This document shows positions 55,901 to 64,000 of a stretch of 64,000 nt of DNA, in pieces; the first letter of the stretch is position 1; each line of letters starts with the position of its first letter. The translations under genes and the position numbers were made by a program. The DNA comes from the human T2T-CHM13v2.0 reference genome, Homo sapiens. The stretch lies in NCBI RefSeq assembly GCF_009914755.1, contig NC_060933.1. One strand, 5' to 3'. The notes below the pieces were generated by a model. It saw only the letters and a list, made by a program, of their open reading frames with translations, had not been told where the DNA came from and ran no database searches.

Positions 55901-58696
55901 TCCATTCCAGGATGGGGGTCAAGAAGAAGTTAAGTGCCCCTTGAAGTGGATGGGCCCAGAAATGAGGAGTCTTATGCACAGATGAATTGGCTTTAAGGAA
56001 TCTGTCCCTAAGGACAGGCACCCAGGCTCTGAGCTTATGTTTAGACACTCAGACCCAGGTATCTTAGGAAGTCTAGAGGACTAGTAAGGTTACTGACACA
56101 GTAACAGAATGGAGATCTAGTCAAATCCCTGTACCAGAAAAGGGACTATTTGGAGGAATTCCAGAGCTACGAGTGTTGAGCTGTGAGATAGGGGTACTTG
56201 TGGGTCAGCTCCCCTGGGGCAAGTGAACAAAAAGAGTGATTTCAGGCATAAAGTGGGAGCTGAGTGGTCAGCAGAGGGCACCAAGTCAGCCTGCCATGGA
56301 GGCTGATGATGTGCACAGCAGAGCAAATTTGGAAAGGAAGTGGGCTAAGCTGCAGCTGCTTAAGTAATGCTGGGTCTGGGAAAACCTGGGTGGGGCTGGG
56401 GGGTGTTCAGCCATGGTGGAATGGCAGAAGGAAGAGATATGGAGTCTTGTGGCTTAACCCCCTCGCTGTGGCAGATGCCACCTCTCCCTCCACTGCCTCA
56501 GAGCCTCTTGGCTCTGCCTGACTTTGAGACCATTGGTCATTTTGCTATGCTCCAGCCCCTGCTGTGATAACCAGCTCTCTGTGGGGTCCCATCTGACTGC
56601 ACAGCATCTTGCCTGCCTTACATACCTCTCACCTCTTGGCCTGGTGCCTCCTTGTTGATGCTGAGATACGAAGCTCAGACAGACTCCTCTGAAGCCTGTA
56701 CATGCTCAGCTTGGAAGTGTTGGGATCTTTAAGCAGTGGGAGGCAGAAGCCTGAAAATAAATGATCCCCTATTCTTCCCATCAAACAGGCTTTCCTGAGA
56801 ACCCAGTGTTTTCCAGGCACAAGCAAGCAGTCAATCACATGGATACCAAAGAGTGGCTAGTGTAGTAGCTCCTGCTTTTGCTCTTGCCCCACTTCAAGGG
56901 GCACTTAGCTTCTTCTTGACCCCCAACCTGGACTGGAGATGGTTTTCAGTCTCAGAGACCAGCTTTGCCCCTGGGCCAGTCCCCTACCACTAGCTGCACC
57001 GGCCCAGGTCTAAATCCCAACTCCTGCCCAACCCTACACCCACCTGTCTGGCTACCAGCTCTTCTCTATAAATCCAGCACTATGAAATCAACAGCAACTC
57101 AGGAGCTGATAGACACCTTGTCCTTAGGCGGCTTTACAACGACTGTAAAAGGCATACATGCTTTGCCTCCACGGCCAAGGGGAAAGAGGGGTGCAGACAC
57201 GTGCTGCTTATCACCCAGTTGAATCCTCCCCTGTCTCACTCTCCTTATCCCTCATGCTTGCATCTCTGGCATTGCACTCTTTGGGAAACTAGTAGGAGAT
57301 ACACCTTGGCCTCTGGCTCTGCTTCACAGAGAAACTCGCCCACCCACCTGCCAACATTATTATGTCTTATAATTTGATTCCATTAAGGAAAGAGAAGAAA
57401 TTTGATACTGGAAGGACCTCATTTACACATGATACAGTGTCACCCATGACACAGTTCTGCAGTCCAGGCTCAGATGATGTCATTCTAGTGAAGTACCAAT
57501 GTGTGAAAGGTTGTCCCAAATGGACTCTTCTCTGCAGTTGAGGTTGTCAGCCTCTTCTTTGGAATCCCCCATACAGCCTTCTTTTCTCTCAGCTAAAGAG
57601 GCTCTTCTCTGTTGACTTCTGACTTTGAGGTTCTTGGTGCATCTTCTGCACACTCTTTAGTGCCTCCTGGAGCCCCTGTCTTTGGCCTGCATAAGAGAAC
57701 CCAGGCACTTATGTCACTTATGTATATGCATAGGAGGATGAGGTTAAACACCAAGCCCGCTCATTAAGTCCATTTGAGCGTCTGTTTTATCCCTCTCCCA
57801 CTGAACGTACTTTTGTGGCCCCAAATTAGAGTTTTCTCTTTTACAATTGCCTGGGTTCTTTGAAGCTTGTGATAACATGCATAAGATGCTCAGAGTCCTC
57901 AATTGTGACTCCTTCCCATCAGTAAGTTATAAAGCCTCTCTCTTTTTGTATTGTCTGTTAAGTCTTTAAAAGAGAACTCTTGTGATGAAAATTGTATTCT
58001 AATGTCTTTAGCTATGGTACTACCAGCATATTGGGCCATTAGGGCACAAATTATTATAATTAAAGATATTTCACACTAATATTTAATTCTTGCTCATTTG
58101 AATGTATTTTAGCTGAGTACTATTGCTATACTGATACACTGAACAGCCTTGTAATCCTCTTTGGCAAGTTTAGCTCTTGAGTTCTCAAAATCAAAACTAG
58201 AAAAAGTCTGAGTTTTTAAAATAAGATTTAAAAAATCCTATGTGGAAGAGAATAGTGTGTATATTTCATGGTAAAACTGAATTTCATCTTGGTGAGAATG
58301 ATCCTGCCCTAAATTCGCTTTCCTAAGCCCTCCTTGTGTGTCCATTGCCAAGACTCCTGCACAGCACAGCTTCCTGTTGAGAGTGGACTTCCAGCCACAC
58401 TGACTCCCACCCTGGGGAAGGGTAGGTGGACCTCCCCATGCCAGCTTCCACCCCACTGTTTCCTGTAGGTTTCCTCCAAGCCACACTTTCATGTCCTCTG
58501 CTCAGGTTCACAGTTTCTACAGAACAGCCTCCCCAGCCCAGCAAATGATGGCGAAAGCACAGCGAGGAGAGGACAGGGCTGGCTACCTCCCTTCCTGAAT
58601 TTTTAAATGGCACGAATGGAAGCTGTCTTGCATTCTAAGAGAGGAACCCGAGACACAGCCTCGGGTCACATCCCACGTCCTCATTGCAGCACATCT

Positions 58697-59597
58697 TAAA
58701 AACAGTTTCAGAGCAATTTTAGGTTTATAGCAAAGTGGAACAGAAAGTGGAGTTCACATATACCCCCTGCCCCTCACATGTACAGCCTCCCCCACTATTA
58801 ACATCCTGCACCAGAGCGGTGCATTTGTTACAGTCAGTGAACCTGCACTGACACATCATTATCACCCAGAGTCCATAGCTTACATTAAGGTTCACTCTTG
58901 ATGTACTTTCTATGGGTTTTGACAAACGTATAATGACATGTATCCAGCATTGTAGTATTACACAGAATAGTTTCACTGCCCTAAAAATCCTCTGTGTGTC
59001 TCCTATTCATCCTTCCCTATCCCCTAGCCACTGGAAACCACTGATCTTTTTTTACTGTCTCCGTCGTTCTGGCTTTTCCAGAATGTCATGCAATTGGAAT
59101 CATACTTGATTCCAACTATATGACATTATGTAGCCTTTTCAGATTGGCTTCTTTTTACTTAATAATAGGCATTTAAAGTACCTCCATGTCTTTTCATGGC
59201 TTAATAACTCATATCTTTTTAGTTCTAAATAATATTATATTGTATAGATGTACTGCAGTTTATCCATTCGCCTACTGAAGGACATCTTAGCTGCTTCCGA
59301 ATTTTGGCAATTATGAATAAAGCGGGTGTAGACATTCATGTGCAGGTTTCTGTGGACATAAGTTTTCAATTCCTTTTGGGTAAATACCATGGAGCATGAC
59401 TACTGGGTCATATGGTAAGAGAATGTTTAGCTTTGTAAGACACTGCCAAATTGTCTTCCAAAATGGCTGTATCATTTTGCATTCCAACCAGTAATAAATG
59501 AGAGTTCCTGTTGCTCCACATCCTCATCAACATTTGATGTTGTCAGTGTTCTGGATTTTAGCCATTCTAATAGGCGTGATAGGTGTGTAGTGGTACA
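58697..59597 (-). mobile_element. L1MC1/2-like 3' fragment
   Basis: ccagagcggtgcatttgttaca...acacatcattatcacccagagtccatag...cagaatagtttcactgccctaaaaatcc...tgagagttcctgttgctccacatcctc. Confidence 0.88.
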
Positions 59598-61904
59598 CAT
59601 TACAGCATTTTGGGGGCCAGTATGGTCACCACTTAATCGCATCTCAGGTAGATTCCAAGACTTTCAGTTCACTTTTAGTTATGAAACAATTGAGTCTAGT
59701 TTAAAACTTTATTCTTACATCAGATTCAAAGCTTCCCCATCTGGTGTCACAGCCTGGAATTCTCCCCTCTCCCTCTTCTGGTGCTAGTTCTTCCTGTTTG
59801 GTTAGGGCCTGGAGGAGGGACTGAGGATGGAGAATATACATCTGGTTACTTCTCAGTTGTCATTCTCTTTTCTGTTGTCACTATTTCTCCATGGGTCACC
59901 CTTGGGCAGCCAGAGTACAGACAAAAAGGCTAAAAGTAGACATTTTCCACAGTACCCACTTATTCTTGAAAGACTCACATGTCTTTGCCTTTTCAGATGA
60001 TGGGCAAGCGATCTCTGCCACTGGTCCTCTCAGCTCCACCATCTTTGTCCGTCCCTTTGTGCTTCCTTTGCAGTACACACAAGCCTGTTGTCTAAACAGA
60101 AGCTCAAATGCACAATGAGGTCCCAGCACCCCTTCTTACAGCATCCCCAATCTTTATGAGGAATTCTCTTGAAGCCCCTTATTTGGTTTCAGGTTGGGGA
60201 TGGGGTAGCAGAGAGAGGGAGAAAGGATGGGAGTTAATTACCTGTCTTCTGGAACATTCTATCAAAAGACCAATGGCTCCATATCTCTTGCTCACTCCTG
60301 CTCCCAGTTCTTTCCCCACACAGACTGAGAGAGGAGAAGGATCTAAGGTAGTGGGCCATTATAGGGCCCGTGCCATAATTGGGGCAGAAGTTGGATCCAG
60401 CTGTGAGATGCTGCGCTGGCCCCTGACTGACACAGAGCCTTCTCTAGAACAGGTAGTAAACACAACTCCTTTTTCCTCACCTGAAGGCCAGAATTTCTGA
60501 ATAGGGCAGGGAGGGGACAATTGAAAACGCCCCCCTAGTATCCTATTATGGAGCATCAGAGGTATGCGGGGAAGGGGACTTCACAGCTGTCCTCATCTGA
60601 ATATCCAAACAGTTAATGACCTAATGGCCATTCATGACAGAAAATCTGATTGCAGCAAACAGGAAGTCTCCCTGCTAATACTCACCCCTGCCTGTTCTTG
60701 ACCTTACCTTGGTTACTGGTAGTCAGGCACTATTCCCCTTGCAGTACTGCCTCATTACTTGGAAGGTGATTTTTAGCCACACCTTTGCCTGCTTCCCTCC
60801 AGTTAAGCACAAGCTTACCCCCTACTGCCCTGGGTGATAGAAATGCAAAGCAAGCCTGTTGACAATTTCTGAAGACCCCAAGAGGATGACTATCAGAATG
60901 AGGCCAGTTCTAACTGACTGAGTTTTCATTAGTGAAGATCATGAAATGCCTGGCCCATGAAGGCTCGAGGTTTGCATCTGGTGTGAGCTCACATGCGTGG
61001 ATGCAGAAGCTTCCCAGGTGCTGTGGGTGTCTCTTGGCGGCATTTTACTTTATAATGCTCAGTTTGGGTTCCTCTTCTGCTGAACCTAATTTTTTCACTC
61101 CAGGGGTAACCACTTTTTCCACTTTCAAATAATGGTGCAACTTCAGTGATTTAATTTAGAGAGGTGATGAAGTGACCGTTCAAGTGTTCAGCAAATGGAT
61201 AAAAGCCTTTCACAAATTCCTCAAAAATAAACACTCTCATCTTCTGAAAGGTTTACTAAATACACACTGTAAAGAACTAGCCATCAGCATATATACTTCT
61301 TGTTATTCGATGGTTGCAGTATTATGTTTTATTCAAGTTTGGTTACATGGATATGGAAAGGTAAAGTCTGACCCCTGAAGCAAAGAAGATGGTCATTCTG
61401 CAAGTAGGGCAGGGACAGCAGGAACAGAGAAGAGTCTCACCATGTCTTGACCATGAAGGTCTCAAGATGTCTAGGAATGCATTTCTGGGGGTGGATAGGG
61501 TTGTCTACAAATGGTGCCCCCAACATCAGGCCAGGTCAGGCCAGGCTAGGAGGTGAGGGGCTCCAGTAGGTGGCCTGCTGAGTTGGAGAAACAGTTGGGC
61601 GACGGAGCTGAGTGAGCTTGGTGAATCAGCCCCGAGAGAGCCTACTAGAAGGCTGGACTCTGTGCAACACAATATTTCTCTTTATTGTGTCCTTAGTGTT
61701 TATTGTCCTGTGGTTTTCCTTTAGAGTTTAGCAAAGCCATTCAGCTCACCTTGAGCTGTGCTAAGGTGAAACATGAAAAGCTTCATTTGTGAGATCATTA
61801 AAAAGGGATGCAGTGCATTCCTGGAGGCCAGCATGGAGGAAGCAGTCATAATTAAAGTGAGACAAAAACAAATGGGAGGAGAAAAAGTGTGGAGGGTGAA
61901 AATT

Positions 61905-62588
61905 TCACTCCTTCATCTATTTCAACAACTGTTTATACCTCTGCTCAGCACTATACTGAGTACTAGAGCTACAGCAGCAAACAAGACCATCAAAGCTTGT
62001 TCTAGTGGAGGGACACAGAAAAGACAAGCAACATAATACAAATAATAATTGTAGCTAGTTCTAAGTGCAATAAAGAAGGAAGAGAAAGAGAGCCAACGTG
62101 GCTTTCAGTGTGCCCCGTGTGGTAGGCAAGGGGGAGAGATGTAGGTGGGGAGGAGAGGGAGCTGAGCTGCACCTGTGTCAGGTAGGAACTGAGGGGTCCT
62201 GCTAAAATGTTTGGATTTTGTTCTGAGTACAGTGGAAGATGCTGATGAATTGTAAGCAGGGGAGTGATGAGATCCAATTTACATTTTGAAAAGAATCCTC
62301 CAGTTGCTGTATGGGGAATGGATTACAGGAAGCAAGAGTGAAAGCAGACATACCTGTTAGGAGGCTACTGTGAGGATCCAGGCAAAAGAATGTGGCAGCT
62401 TGGCCTAGGTGTCAACAGTGAAGATGGGGGGAATGGGGTGCAATCAGAATATGTTCTGCAGGTAGGGCTGAAAGAACCTGATGGTGGCTTGGATATGGGG
62501 ATAAGAGAAAACAAGGAATCAATGATGACTTCTCGGGTTTTATCTTGAACAAAGACAGGAGTGATTGGTGGTGATGGTTGTGCTATTT
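61905..62588 (-). mobile_element. L2 LINE fragment
   Basis: ttcatctatttcaacaac...ggattttgttctgagtacagtggaag...tttacattttgaaaagaatc...taggaggctactg...atccaggc. Confidence 0.65.
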
Positions 62589-62632
62589 AAGGAGAAAGAA
62601 GAAGGAAAGAAAGAAAGAAAGAAAAGAAAGAG

Positions 62633-62687
<55 letters not shown>

Positions 62688-62737
62688 AAAGAAAAGAAAG
62701 AAAAAGAAAGAAAGAAAAGAAAGAAAGAAAGAAAGGA

Positions 62738-62785
<48 letters not shown>

Positions 62786-62937
62786 AAAGAAAGAGAGAAA
62801 GGGAGAAAGAGAAAGAAAGGAGAGAGAGAGAGGAAGAGGGAGAGAGAAAGGAAGGGAGGAAGGGAGGAAGGGAGTGAGGAAGGAAGGGAGGAAGGGAGGA
62901 AGGGAGTGAGGAAGGAAGGAAGGAAGGGAGGGAGGAA
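62589..62937 (+). repeat. Long (GAAA)n / (GA)n / (GGAA,GGGA)n polypurine microsatellite
   Basis: About 349 nt of A and G with only two T; accounts for the low-complexity KERK and SFFL ORFs. Confidence 0.98.
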
Positions 62938-64000
62938 CAGGGACTTTTCAAAAGGGGGATGAAATCTGAGGACATTTAGTCCTTGGGCCAGCAGAGGACA
63001 GACCATCATTGGAAAGGGGGAAGATTGTTCCAAAGTCTGATGTTCTTAAGTTGAAAATAAATCATCTCTGCTTTTCTCTATAGCTTCCAGTTAATTTGCA
63101 ACCACTTGTTCATTCTGTATAAGCCTTGCCATTCTTGGGAGTATTCTTGTCTTCATCTCCAAAGACAAATTCAGGGATAAAGAGAATTACAATCCCCAAG
63201 TCTGTGTTCAGAGAGTAGATACTAGTGCTGGAAGACTTTTATATATTTTATTTAAGCTATTTCAAGAAATGGATTAAAGTAGATATTAACCAGTTCATAG
63301 AGTATCCTAAATGCCAATGATCTGCACATAAATAGATGTTTTGGTATAAACGAAGTGCGATTGTAGAGGATAGAGACCTTGGGAGGGAATTCGCAGAAAC
63401 ATAATCATAGGAGTTGACTAAGGGATTTAGAGGCAGAAAGGAAGATGCACAAAAAAAAGAATGCCAGTTGATCATCATTAAGGACTTCAGGGCTATGAGA
63501 TCTTCTCTCTTCTTCCCAGGATACCATAAGGGCAGCTTTCTTCCTCAAAGACAGCTCAAATTGTTTCAGGAGTCAAAGGGTGACCGCCTTAGCAGTGATG
63601 TGATCACATAACAGGTGGAATATTGGGGAAATAATTAGGAAAAACAAGGTAATTTGGAGGGATTCTCCTACCCAGGTACTGACTGAGAGAAGCATGCAGA
63701 GACCATTTGCATAAATCCTAAAGCTGAAGTCCCAAGGGGGCTATGACTAAGCATCCTAGAGATTTGAGCTCTGAGAAACACTGAAGGAGCTAGTAATAAT
63801 AGGATCCCTCTGCTGCTGTTTTCTCTTTTCTAGTGAGGAACTGGGACCTTGAGGGACTGTGAGGGACACCCACACAGTCAGACCTGCTTTGTTTCCTAGA
63901 ACCTGTTACTTCATGCAAAAGAAAGCGTTGGTTATTGATACAGTGCAATTATGTCATTGTCAAATTCTCTGCATCAAAGAGGAAGAGACTCCCTCCTGAA

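Noticed and set aside
60520-60545. CTCF-like CGCCCCCCTAGT
   Set aside because: One extra C in the core and poor 5' match; isolated.
62565-63033. Lys/Glu/Arg-rich and Phe/Leu/Ser-rich ORFs
   Set aside because: Translations of the (GAAA)n tract.

Overview
This is human (primate) genomic DNA from inside the NTRK2/TrkB gene, transcribed on the + strand. It holds two consecutive kinase-domain exons: 7074-7246 (173 nt, [20 protein letters not shown]...HGDLNKFLR) and 13895-14129 (235 nt, AHGPDAVL...HRDLATRN...[15 protein letters not shown]). They are followed by about 50 kb of the next intron, and the following VGGHTMLPIRWM exon is not in the window. The rest is typical mammalian intron: seven Alus (most with visible target-site duplications, TSDs), MaLR LTRs, old L1/L2/MIR fragments, DNA-transposon fossils (MER33, MER119, MER82, MER1B, MER5, a full-length Tigger1) and microsatellites, including a ~350-nt purine tract. 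Nearly all ORF-track entries are chance or repeat-derived. I found no convincing previously undescribed biological system. The best leads are: (1) read-through of the second exon's donor gives a truncated-kinase C-terminus whose last 8 residues and stop codon come from a MaLR LTR; (2) the two exons form a 408-nt phase-0/phase-0 stop-free module bracketed by inverted Alus; (3) a single-arm AluY chimera with an intact TSD; (4) candidate neural enhancer motifs, mainly RFX X-boxes; (5) fold-back micro-palindromes. Repeat subfamily names come from recalled consensus sequences, not from a search, and boundaries of old repeats are approximate.
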